Shown here piece after piece: positions 29,739 to 38,602 of a DNA stretch of 64,000 nucleotides (position 1 is its first letter; every line of letters begins with the position of its first letter). Source of the DNA: Polyangiaceae bacterium (GTDB lineage Bacteria; Myxococcota_A; Polyangia; Polyangiales; Polyangiaceae); the NCBI GenBank assembly GCA_044376115.1, contig JBILLK010000010.1:224001-288000 (forward strand), written 5' to 3'. The position numbers were made by a program, and so were the translations under genes. The notes beneath the pieces were generated by a model. The model did not search any database and was not told the DNA's origin. It worked only from the letters and a program-made list of their open reading frames with translations.

Positions 29739-30641
29739 GTGAAGGTCCTTCGTACTCCCGAGTCGCGCTTCGTCGGTTTACCGGACTATCCCTTCGCCCC
29801 GCACTACACCGAGGTGGAGCCGGGGCTTCGAATGCATTTCGTCGACGAAGGGCCGTCGTCCGCAAGCCCGGTGTTGATGCTCCACGGCGAACCAAGCTGG
29901 AGCTTCCTTTATCGCAAGATGATCCCGCGCTTCGCAGAAGCGGGTTTTCGAGCGTTGGCTCCTGATTTGATCGGCTTCGGCAAGTCGGACAAGCCCACCA
30001 GCACAGCGGACTACTCCTACGAAAAGCACGTGCGCTGGATCACTCGCTGGCTCATCGCGCAGGACCTTCGGGGGATAACCTTGATCTGCCAAGACTGGGG
30101 TTCACTTATCGGGTTGCGAGTGGCGGCTGAGAATGAGGAGCGCTTCGCACGCATCGTCGTCGCCAACGGTTTTCTTCCCACCGCTCGTAACGCGGTGCCC
30201 GCGGCCTTTCGAATCTGGCGTGCCTTCGCTCGTTACTCACCCATCTTCCCAATCGGCCGCATCGTCGCCTCCGGCTGCGTCAGCAAGCCTTCAGAGGCGG
30301 TGCGGCAGGCCTACGACGCGCCCTTTCCAGATCGGCGCTATTGCGCGGGAGCACGCATCTTCCCTGCCCTCGTACCCACCTCCGAGGCAGACCCTGCAAT
30401 CCCGGCGAACCGGCGAGCCTGGGAAGTGTTGGGGCGTTGGAACAAGCCGGTGTTGACCCTCTTCGGCAAGAACGATCCAATCCTTGGGCAAGCCGACAAG
30501 CTGCTTCAACAGCACATCCCCGGAGCGAGCGGTCAACCGCACGAACGGTTTTGGGGCGGGCACTTCGTCCAAGAGGATCGCGGGGAGCATCTGGCAGAAC
30601 GCATCTTGGCGTGGCCGGCAATGCTTGGAGCCAACGGCTGA
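29739..30641 (+). CDS. haloalkane dehalogenase (DhmA-like alpha/beta hydrolase)
   Basis: [33 protein letters not shown] nucleophile, GHFVQED. Confidence 0.92.
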   Translation: MKVLRTPESRFVGLPDYPFAPHYTEVEPGLRMHFVDEGPSSASPVLMLHGEPSWSFLYRKMIPRFAEAGFRALAPDLIGFGKSDKPTSTADYSYEKHVRWITRWLIAQDLRGITLICQDWGSLIGLRVAAENEERFARIVVANGFLPTARNAVPAAFRIWRAFARYSPIFPIGRIVASGCVSKPSEAVRQAYDAPFPDRRYCAGARIFPALVPTSEADPAIPANRRAWEVLGRWNKPVLTLFGKNDPILGQADKLLQQHIPGASGQPHERFWGGHFVQEDRGEHLAERILAWPAMLGANG

Positions 30642-30659
30642 CGACGCGACTCGAGCGCG

Positions 30660-31895
30660 CTACGGCGTGTCCTCAACGACTCGAGGAGCGGCGCTCGGAA
30701 TCCGCATTTCCACATCGATCGTGACGCGAGCGCCCGGGGCTAGCTCGATACTGCGACGCTCCTCCGGTGCCGCTGGATGGCGGAAGATAAATTCATATTT
30801 ACCGGGTGGCAGCTCGAGCGGAGTAGCAAAAGGAGTAACGTCCACGCGCTCACCGCCAAGGAACACCTCGGCCCAGGGTTCTGCGAGCAATTTCACCTGA
30901 CCCGAGCTCTTACCCTTATAAACTTGTTGCGCGGGGTCGCGGGGTCGTACCCAGGTAATGGCGAGTGCGACGAGCGCTACCACGCCTGATAACAATATCA
31001 ACGTACGAGTCAGCCGGTCGACAGGCGCTTGCACTTCTTGCACGACACCCGCGCTCTGTACGAACAAGGCGGGAGCGTGCCCCGACTCCGGAAGGTTCAG
31101 CGCAGCCGCCAGCTCCAGTGCGAGCTCCTTCGCGTTGGAATGCCGCAGAGAGGGCGTCCGATCCAAGGCTCGCAACAGGCAGCGTTCCAAGAGCCGTCGA
31201 TCGAAGCCAACGTTGGGCGGCAACGGGAGCTCCACGTCAGGAGGCCCTTCGCCCAGCCGAACCTTGGCGCGATCATCAAGCGCTGGCCCGCCCAACAAAT
31301 CCCAGCCGAGCCGCGCGACGGAGTAGACGTCGGAGGCCACGGTGGCCTTCTCACCGCGCCGACGCTCCGGCGCCGCAAACACGTCGTCAGGCCCACGCGT
31401 TGGCAGTTCAGCGCCACGGTCGTCCTCGTCACTGCGCAGCACTGCCTCGAGCAACGACACGCGAATTCGACCGTTCGCAACGAACACCGACTCGCGCGAG
31501 AGCATCAGGCCAACCATGTCGTCGCGGTGGAGAGCGTGAACGCTGAAGGCGAGCGCGACAATCACCGCGCCAAGCTCCGCGTATGAAGGCTGCTTGTCAG
31601 CCATCAGCCGGTTCAACTCTGGCCCAGGTGGCGCCTCGGTGAGGAGGCCAACGGCGTCGCCCACCTCCACCAGGTGAAGGAACTGTAACGCGGTATCGGA
31701 ACGCAGCCTCGCTAGCGTGTCGGCCGCCTTCGATAGACGAGCCCTTACCTTACTATCGGGAAGGATGCCCGGAGCGGCGACGGCCAGCCACAGAGGGCGC
31801 CCCCTCGCATCTTGCGCTTCGTAGATCGCAAACAGCCCGAATGACCGTCGTTTCTTGCGAAGTCGATATTCGCCAAACGAAGCGGACTCCTCCAC
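30660..31895 (-). CDS. pseudokinase with TM and PEGA domain
   Basis: Keeps AAPE, DVYS, RAL..P..R; lacks Gly-loop, VAIK Lys, catalytic loop and DFG; PEGA EPWAEVFLGG..V..TP. Confidence 0.75.
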   Translation of the reverse strand: MEESASFGEYRLRKKRRSFGLFAIYEAQDARGRPLWLAVAAPGILPDSKVRARLSKAADTLARLRSDTALQFLHLVEVGDAVGLLTEAPPGPELNRLMADKQPSYAELGAVIVALAFSVHALHRDDMVGLMLSRESVFVANGRIRVSLLEAVLRSDEDDRGAELPTRGPDDVFAAPERRRGEKATVASDVYSVARLGWDLLGGPALDDRAKVRLGEGPPDVELPLPPNVGFDRRLLERCLLRALDRTPSLRHSNAKELALELAAALNLPESGHAPALFVQSAGVVQEVQAPVDRLTRTLILLSGVVALVALAITWVRPRDPAQQVYKGKSSGQVKLLAEPWAEVFLGGERVDVTPFATPLELPPGKYEFIFRHPAAPEERRSIELAPGARVTIDVEMRIPSAAPRVVEDTP

Positions 31896-31897
31896 GC

Positions 31898-33250
31898 TCA
31901 GCCTCCGCGGGCACAGATCGTACCGGCCAAAGCAGCGTGGATGGCCAACACCGATTGGGCCTCGAGACCGGCGACGCTTGTCCCGATCCGCCCGCGAGCT
32001 TCCATCAGCGTAACCAGCGTGCCGCCGCGCGCAGTGACAGCCTCTGCTAGCTCCTTCAGGGTGCCCTCGGCGCCCTCTCCATCGGCACCAACCACGACCA
32101 ACGCATCGCCGGAACTGCGCACCGAGTCGACGGCGGCCGCGAGTGCGGAGCCGCTATCGACATGCTCGTTCACTGCGACGGCTGAGCGGTCTCCCTGAAA
32201 GCGAAACCCGACGGCGGACCTGGTGGCTTGCGTCGCATGCAAGCTAACCGACCAACCATGCCTTTGGGCGAGCTCGGGTAGAGCGGGAGCCGTTGCGGCG
32301 GTGACAATCACCGGTGGATGCGAAAAGCCGGGGATGGCCACCATGCTCGCGATTCGTTCTTGCTCGAAGGTGACGACGGCGCGACCGCGAACCGTTAGCT
32401 GCTCAGCCACAGCCGCAGGGACCTGCGCGCGCGTGAGCACGGAGGCCAGGCGAAGCAGCGCAGCCCCTTCGGTTGGGAGCAACACCGCAACGTCTTTTCC
32501 AGTCCACTCCCACACTGGACTCGTGGAAGCGAAGTCACACTGCAAGTCCCCAGTCACTCCGCGGAACGGCAGCAAACGCACCGGCGCAAAGTCGTAATCC
32601 TGCTGCCCTTCGGCATAGCCAGCCTCGAGCGCCTCATTGAAATCCTTGCGCACAGCGCCTTCGTAGTTCTCCGAGAACAACTGTTGAACGCGCACCGCCT
32701 TCTCCCAGGGCAGCGCCTCCCCCAAGCAGAAGTCACGCCCGAGTAGCGTTACGAGCTTGGCCTCGGGGACCGCGCGCTCAAAGCGCTCGAGCTCGGCTTG
32801 TGCGCTACGTGCCGCCATGTCTCGACCGTCAAGGATCGCGTGGACCCGCACCGGCAGCTCGGCGTAGGTCAGCGCGCGACAGAGCTGGATGGCGTGGTCG
32901 GTGCGACCGAGGGGGCTTTCGGACGAGAACAGCGCCACCACGTGAACGGTGCAGTTGGGAGTCTCCTCTCCAGAGAGAAAGTCGTTGAACGTGCCGCGCT
33001 GATAGCTCGCAAAATCCACCTGGGTGGAAAGGCTGGCCAAGGAAAGCAAGCCGCGGAGGTCATCCCCGTCGAGCACGGCGCTGGGGTTGGGGCGCACCGC
33101 ACCGGCGCCTAGGCCGTACACGTTCTCCCCTTCTTGCGCTGCGTCCAAAGGACGAAAGGTGGAGCCGTGATCACGCAGCGCCGCCTCGCACGCCTCATCA
33201 CCACCGTGCAGCAGGACCACGAGTGGCGACTTCAAGTCTTGCGCCGACAT
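31898..33250 (-). CDS. degenerate 2,3-BPG-independent phosphoglycerate mutase (GpmI)-like protein
   Basis: HAILDGRD...SA, LGAG and LGR align to GpmI; GNSEVGH, DMVGH, ADHGN and AHT are missing. Confidence 0.7.
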   Translation of the reverse strand: MSAQDLKSPLVVLLHGGDEACEAALRDHGSTFRPLDAAQEGENVYGLGAGAVRPNPSAVLDGDDLRGLLSLASLSTQVDFASYQRGTFNDFLSGEETPNCTVHVVALFSSESPLGRTDHAIQLCRALTYAELPVRVHAILDGRDMAARSAQAELERFERAVPEAKLVTLLGRDFCLGEALPWEKAVRVQQLFSENYEGAVRKDFNEALEAGYAEGQQDYDFAPVRLLPFRGVTGDLQCDFASTSPVWEWTGKDVAVLLPTEGAALLRLASVLTRAQVPAAVAEQLTVRGRAVVTFEQERIASMVAIPGFSHPPVIVTAATAPALPELAQRHGWSVSLHATQATRSAVGFRFQGDRSAVAVNEHVDSGSALAAAVDSVRSSGDALVVVGADGEGAEGTLKELAEAVTARGGTLVTLMEARGRIGTSVAGLEAQSVLAIHAALAGTICARGG

Positions 33251-34035
33251 CAGGCGGTTCTCCGTGCAGCGGGGTTCTTCACGGTTCTGCGCTCGGTGCG
33301 ACGGCCAACCACCGCTGCGCGCGCGAGCTCATCACAGCGTTCGTTGAGTGGAATACCCGCATGACCTTTTACATAGCGAAGCTCCACACCGCCTCGCTTG
33401 CGCAGGACCGCGCGGATCTTCTCGATCAGCTCGGTGTTGGCCTTTGCTTTCCAACCCTTCTGCAACACGCCGATCGAATACTGACTATCGGTGTGAATCA
33501 ACAAGCGGCCGGTCCTCTCACCTGCCAGCTCCACGCCCCGCAAGATCGCCGTGAGTTCGGCGATGTTGTTGGTGCCGTGACCAAGATATTCGCTCAGCTC
33601 CTCGTTCTCCTCTTCGCCAACGACCACCACGCCCAAGCCCGCTGGACCAGGATTCCCGGTGCATGCGCCGTCGGTATAGATGAGGACGTTGGGACCAGCC
33701 GAGGCGCTGCTCGGAGCCTCACTCGCAACCTCGCCGAGGTCAGTTGAGTCGCTCGCGCTCGTGCTGGGTTTGGCGACGCTCGGCTTGCGAGCGGGCTTGG
33801 CCTTCGCCTGTTGCTCGGCCTTCTCGGCTGCGACGTCCTCTGCGGAACCGGGCGCGAGCAGCGTCAAATTCTGTGCTGCAGCGAGATACTTCTTCCCAGC
33901 GAACGGCGGCTCTTCACCCGGGCCGCCCGCCTTGAAGCGAATCTCGACTCGGCCGCCCTGCAGCGCCAGCTGTCCAGCCTCCGTGGTTTCGGCGTAGACC
34001 ACTTGACCTCGAAGGGATGCTCGCACCCACGGCAT
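33250..34035 (-). CDS. rnhA: ribonuclease HI with N-terminal extension
   Basis: YTDGACTGNPGPAG, TNNIAEL, TDSQY, VKGHAG..NERCD. Confidence 0.93.
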   Translation of the reverse strand: MPWVRASLRGQVVYAETTEAGQLALQGGRVEIRFKAGGPGEEPPFAGKKYLAAAQNLTLLAPGSAEDVAAEKAEQQAKAKPARKPSVAKPSTSASDSTDLGEVASEAPSSASAGPNVLIYTDGACTGNPGPAGLGVVVVGEEENEELSEYLGHGTNNIAELTAILRGVELAGERTGRLLIHTDSQYSIGVLQKGWKAKANTELIEKIRAVLRKRGGVELRYVKGHAGIPLNERCDELARAAVVGRRTERRTVKNPAARRTA

Positions 34036-34176
34036 GACGGCTTCTTACCAGACCGACGAGGCCGTTGACAGCTGCGCGGTAGCTCGTCGCACGACAGTTT
34101 TTTTCACGGCTTCGCCCTTGGATCTTTCTGCCGCACAAGAGGCATTGTACGACCCGCGCACGTGGCCTCCTCGTCG

Positions 34177-34992
34177 ATGTTTCGCCCTGGGCTGTTCGAT
34201 AACCTCGTCGTCCTCGTAACTGGAGGTGGCAGCGGCATTGGCCTCGCCACCGCCGCGGAGCTGCTCGCGCTTGGAGCCAGCGTGGCCATCTGTGGCCGCA
34301 ACGCGGACAAGCTGGCCGCCGCCAAAGCGGACTTGGCGCAGCAGGTCCCTTCGGCAAAACCCGATGCGCTGCTCGCGCAGGTATGTGACATCCGTGATGG
34401 CGAGGCCGTAAGCCAACTCGTGTCGGCGGTGGTGGAGAAGTTCGGTCGCATCGACGTGCTGATCAACAACGCGGGCGGCCAGTTTCCCACGCCAGCCGAG
34501 GGGCTCTCGGTCAAAGGCTGGGAGGCGGTGATTCGCAATAACCTCACTGGCACCTTCACGATGACCCGTGAAGTCGCGACGCGTTCAATGATCCCGCGCA
34601 AGTTCGGACGCATCGTCAACATCACGGCCATGGTCGCGCGTGGGTTCCCAGGCATGAGCCACACAGGCGCCGCTCGAGCCGGAGTCGAGAACCTCACCAA
34701 AACGCTCGCCGTCGAATGGGCGCAACACAACATTCGGGTCAATGCAGTCGCTCCCGGTAACAACATTCGTTCGAGCGGTACGGCCCAATACGGTGACCAC
34801 GCGTTGGAGCTCGCTCGTCGCGCGACCCCGCTCAAGAGGCTAGGCACCCCCGAAGAAATAGCGAGGGTCATCATCTTCCTCGCTTCGCCCGAGAATGACT
34901 TCGTCACGGGGCAGGTTTGGGGAGTCGACGGCGGGCAACCACTCTGGGGCGACATCTGGATGATCCCCGATCCGACCGAGACCTCGACGTAA
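34177..34992 (+). CDS. SDR oxidoreductase, peroxisomal trans-2-enoyl-CoA reductase-like
   Basis: TGGGSGIG, NNAGGQF, GFPGMSHTGAARAGVENLTKTLAVEWA. Confidence 0.9.
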   Translation: MFRPGLFDNLVVLVTGGGSGIGLATAAELLALGASVAICGRNADKLAAAKADLAQQVPSAKPDALLAQVCDIRDGEAVSQLVSAVVEKFGRIDVLINNAGGQFPTPAEGLSVKGWEAVIRNNLTGTFTMTREVATRSMIPRKFGRIVNITAMVARGFPGMSHTGAARAGVENLTKTLAVEWAQHNIRVNAVAPGNNIRSSGTAQYGDHALELARRATPLKRLGTPEEIARVIIFLASPENDFVTGQVWGVDGGQPLWGDIWMIPDPTETST

Positions 34993-35039
34993 GGGTAGCC
35001 GTGACCCTCTCGAACCTCCCGGCAAAGCTCGCCGTTCCC

Positions 35040-37481
35040 ATGCGCTTCCCATGGCTTCGCAACACCCTGAAGACTGGGTGGGAGCAGGTGAAGCATTACT
35101 TCAGCGTGCGCCCCGCGACGTTTGCCGCGGCCTTCTGGCCGATGATCACGCTCTCGGTGCTGCTCTACATTCGCTACTTACCAACGACGAACTACATCTT
35201 TGATGAGCAGGAGGCGCTGCTCGGTAACCCCTACTTGAATCAGCCAACGTTCAAGTATGGGGACGCGATCTACCGCGATTTTTGGGGGCTTCCAGCCAAC
35301 GCATCGATCGGCTCTTACCGGCCCGTTCCCAATCTACTTTGGCGCGGCCTAATCGAGTTTGGGGAACGTGGGCAGGCGCTCATCGACAACAACATTCCGG
35401 CTGCATGGAAGGTCTCCTACGCAAACCTGCACGAGTCGATGAATCCGGGGCGTCCGGTTGAGACCTTGCCGGATCTGATGAAGAAGAGCTGGCCGCAACA
35501 TCTCTTCAATCTCTTCTTTCACGGTATCAACGGAGCGTTGTTCGTAGCGATGGCCTACCGGCTTTCACGGCGCAACCTCGTCGCGTGGCTAGCTGGCACC
35601 ACCTTCGTCACCGCTGCGATCCTCACGGAGGCGGTCTCAGGCGTCGTCGGAATCGCGGACGTACTCGGCGGCCTCGGCGCGCTCTTGGCGTTGGCCGCGC
35701 TCTCCACGCGCGCCTACGTGATGCCGTTCGCGGTCTTTAGTGCTGTATTGCTGGGGTTGTTCTCGAAGGAGAGCGCAATTGTTTGTGTTCCACTGACGCC
35801 GGTCGCAGCGCTGCTGCTCTCTCACCTGCTCCACCCCGACAAACCCGCACGGCTCGTGCGCGCTGGTCTGTCGCTCGTCGGCGCAGCGTTGGCGTTCATC
35901 GTTTACGTCGAGCTTCGAAAACGCTGGTTTCCATCCTCACTTCCAAGTGAGCTAGCCGAGGGCTTGGAGCCAGGCTCGTCCGCCGCATCCCACTACATGC
36001 GGGAGTTCATGGTCTGGTTTCACCAGGCGCCTTTACCCAAAGATCGACTCAACAACCCCTTGGTCGACGCCCCTCCGGACCTGCGCGTTGCAGGAGCTTG
36101 TCGGGTGTACGCACGCGGCCTCTCGCAGGTGGTCTTCCCGTGGACCTTGTCTGGGGACTATTCCTACCCACAGGAGCCAGCGCCAACCGAGCTCATCTTT
36201 CCGGAGAGCGTACTGGGCTGGTTCATGATGGTGGGTCCGCTCGGGCTAGCCCTCGGGCTTTTCGTACTGGCGTTGAAGCGAGAGTGGAAACACCGAGAGC
36301 CTCTCCGCCCGCACGTCGTCCACCCGTTTGGAGTTGGACTCGCGCAGTGGTTCACCAAGAAGTCCCGCCATTCGCAGATCGAAAAGCAAACCCCCGTGAT
36401 CGCGCTGTGGGAGCGACGGTTGTTTGAGGTCGCGGTCATTTTCGGCACCGCATGGCTTGCGTACAAGCTGAACACCGTCGGGCCGAGTGAGATGAACAAG
36501 GACTTTGGGGACAAGGAGCTCGACCGCAACATCCTATTCCCGTCCCATGCGGTTAATGACCTCATGGCCTACGGCGCCTGTGCCTGCTTGTTCGTCGGCG
36601 GCCTGGTCGAGGGCCTTTGGAAGCCCCGCACGACAGCGGCAACCGACTATCGCTTACCCGTTGCGGCACTCGGGCTCGTCTGGTTGGTCGTGAGCTACTT
36701 CCCTCACTCCAACATTGCAGTCTTGCTGCCCACGGTTCGAGCGGAGCGGCTTTGGTATTTCCCGGTGCTGGGCACCACCATGGTGATCGCGTTGCTGCTC
36801 TCCGCCGGCTTCGACCGCGCCAAAGAGCTGCGCCGCTGGGGCTCCTATGCGTGGATCGTCCCAACGGTTTTTCTCACCTTCCAGGGTGGACGCGCCTACT
36901 TACAATCCACGGCCTATCGGGATGACCTCATATTCTGGCGCGACACCAAGAACGCGGTTCCCAATAGCGCAAAGGCCCACCTCAACTACTCGGTAATGCT
37001 CGGCGCACGCAGTCGTTGGCAAGAGAGACTAGAAGAGAGCCTGATTGCGCTCGAGCTCGCCCCCGACTGGGCGATGGCTCACGTGTATACGGGGGATACG
37101 CTCTGTCGCATGGGTCGCCCCGAGGAGTCCTGGGCTTATTACAAGACGGGCTTCGACAAGGGCCCCAATGACAAAGGTCTCATCGTCTTGGGCCTACAAT
37201 GCCTTTGGGACACAAAGCACCTCAAGCTCCATGAAGAGGAGCTGCGCGCTCTTTCGGAGGCGCATCCCGGCTCCTGGATTGCCTACCTCGCGGACGACAC
37301 CTTGCGTAACGGGGATAAGCAGGGCGGCGTGATGCGCGACAAGCCCGCAGGGCAAGAAGCCGCTGAGACTGCCACCGAGACGGCCGAAGCCACTGACAGC
37401 GCCACCACAACAGAATCGGTCAGTGCTCAAGAGGCGACCTCCGGCTCAGCGACCGCCACAACCTCCGAGGAGCCACGCTGA
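35040..37481 (+). CDS. TMTC-like (DUF1736) GT-C membrane glycosyltransferase with C-terminal TPR
   Basis: FDE..AL..N, DFWG, SYRP, SKE, NNPL, P..LSGDYS, AERLWY.P, PNSAKAHLN; many TM helices. Confidence 0.82.
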   Translation: MRFPWLRNTLKTGWEQVKHYFSVRPATFAAAFWPMITLSVLLYIRYLPTTNYIFDEQEALLGNPYLNQPTFKYGDAIYRDFWGLPANASIGSYRPVPNLLWRGLIEFGERGQALIDNNIPAAWKVSYANLHESMNPGRPVETLPDLMKKSWPQHLFNLFFHGINGALFVAMAYRLSRRNLVAWLAGTTFVTAAILTEAVSGVVGIADVLGGLGALLALAALSTRAYVMPFAVFSAVLLGLFSKESAIVCVPLTPVAALLLSHLLHPDKPARLVRAGLSLVGAALAFIVYVELRKRWFPSSLPSELAEGLEPGSSAASHYMREFMVWFHQAPLPKDRLNNPLVDAPPDLRVAGACRVYARGLSQVVFPWTLSGDYSYPQEPAPTELIFPESVLGWFMMVGPLGLALGLFVLALKREWKHREPLRPHVVHPFGVGLAQWFTKKSRHSQIEKQTPVIALWERRLFEVAVIFGTAWLAYKLNTVGPSEMNKDFGDKELDRNILFPSHAVNDLMAYGACACLFVGGLVEGLWKPRTTAATDYRLPVAALGLVWLVVSYFPHSNIAVLLPTVRAERLWYFPVLGTTMVIALLLSAGFDRAKELRRWGSYAWIVPTVFLTFQGGRAYLQSTAYRDDLIFWRDTKNAVPNSAKAHLNYSVMLGARSRWQERLEESLIALELAPDWAMAHVYTGDTLCRMGRPEESWAYYKTGFDKGPNDKGLIVLGLQCLWDTKHLKLHEEELRALSEAHPGSWIAYLADDTLRNGDKQGGVMRDKPAGQEAAETATETAEATDSATTTESVSAQEATSGSATATTSEEPR

Positions 37482-38599
37482 TGTCAACGCAAGCACGATG
37501 GATCGTCGCAATGCTCAGCCTCGTTGGCTGCGCCAGTACCGCCGAGAGCGTGGACCGCCACGAGGGCAGCGCCCAGACCGCTAGCGCCAAGACCGCTAGC
37601 GCCAAGACCGCGCCTTCCCCCTCCACGTCGAGCAATCCTTCGGCAGCGAAAACTGTAAGCAGCGTGGCAACCGTTCCCACCTCGTCACCAAGTGCGGCCG
37701 GCAGCAAGTGCGCGGCCCCGTCGCTGGACTTCACGCCAACTCGAGACTTCAACCACAGTCGTTCGAAGCTCGCGGCGAAATCTGGGGAGCCGCGCCACGT
37801 AGGCGTGGACCAGCTCTCCGCGCCGGGTGAGAGCACGAAGCTGCGGGCGAAGTTTAGCTACGGTGCCGTGCGTAAGGATCTCGAAGATGAGACGGTGGTC
37901 TTCTTCACGCGCACCGAGCCGGCTTGCAGCTACACCGAAGTCGGCCGTAGCGAGACCAACGATGAAGGCTGGGCCGAGGTCGAGCTCAAGAGCGCACCGC
38001 TTGGAACCCACGAGATCCTGGCCGTCGTCGCAGCGGACGGCTCTCGAGCTCTTGCGAAGCTTTACACCATCGCGCCCAAGACAAAGGCCGTGGTGTTCGA
38101 CGTGGACGCAACCTTGACGACCAGCGACGCTGAAGTCTTTGAAGAGGTGCTTGCCGGAAAAATCCCCGATATGCGCCCAGACGCAGACAAGGTCGTAAAC
38201 GCCTATGCAAAGGCCGGCTACTTCATTGTCTATCTAACGGGTCGCCCCACAGCGCTTCGTCAAAAGTCCAAGGATTGGCTAGCAGCCAAGGGGTTCCCTG
38301 ACAGCTTCCTGCGAGTCACCGATCACGTGCGTGAAGCGATGCCTACTGAGGACGGCGTGCAGAAGTTCAAGCAACGCGCGCTCGACAAGATGAAGTCGCA
38401 AGGGCTTGAGTTCGTGCAGGCGTACGGCAACGCGCCGACCGACATTTGTGCCTATAGCCACGCCGGTATTCCTGTAGAGAAGACCTTCATCTTGGGCCGT
38501 CACGCCGGTGAGGGTTGCGGCCAAAGCGCAAAGACGGTGGCGCTCGAGAGCTACACGGCGCAACTGCCCAAGCTACCGGCGTTGCTCGGCACGCCTTAG
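37481..38599 (+). CDS. lipoprotein with LNS2/HAD domain (Nir/RdgB C-terminal-like)
   Basis: Lipobox LVGC; KFSYG, VVFDVDATLT (DxDxT), YLTGRP, AYGN..TD; start overlaps the upstream stop. Confidence 0.82.
   Translation: MSTQARWIVAMLSLVGCASTAESVDRHEGSAQTASAKTASAKTAPSPSTSSNPSAAKTVSSVATVPTSSPSAAGSKCAAPSLDFTPTRDFNHSRSKLAAKSGEPRHVGVDQLSAPGESTKLRAKFSYGAVRKDLEDETVVFFTRTEPACSYTEVGRSETNDEGWAEVELKSAPLGTHEILAVVAADGSRALAKLYTIAPKTKAVVFDVDATLTTSDAEVFEEVLAGKIPDMRPDADKVVNAYAKAGYFIVYLTGRPTALRQKSKDWLAAKGFPDSFLRVTDHVREAMPTEDGVQKFKQRALDKMKSQGLEFVQAYGNAPTDICAYSHAGIPVEKTFILGRHAGEGCGQSAKTVALESYTAQLPKLPALLGTP
37568..37612 (+). repeat. 15-nt tandem repeat x3 (SA(Q/K)TA)
   Basis: agcgcccagaccgct agcgccaagaccgct agcgccaagaccgcg. 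Confidence 0.8.
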
Positions 38600-38602
38600 C
38601 AG

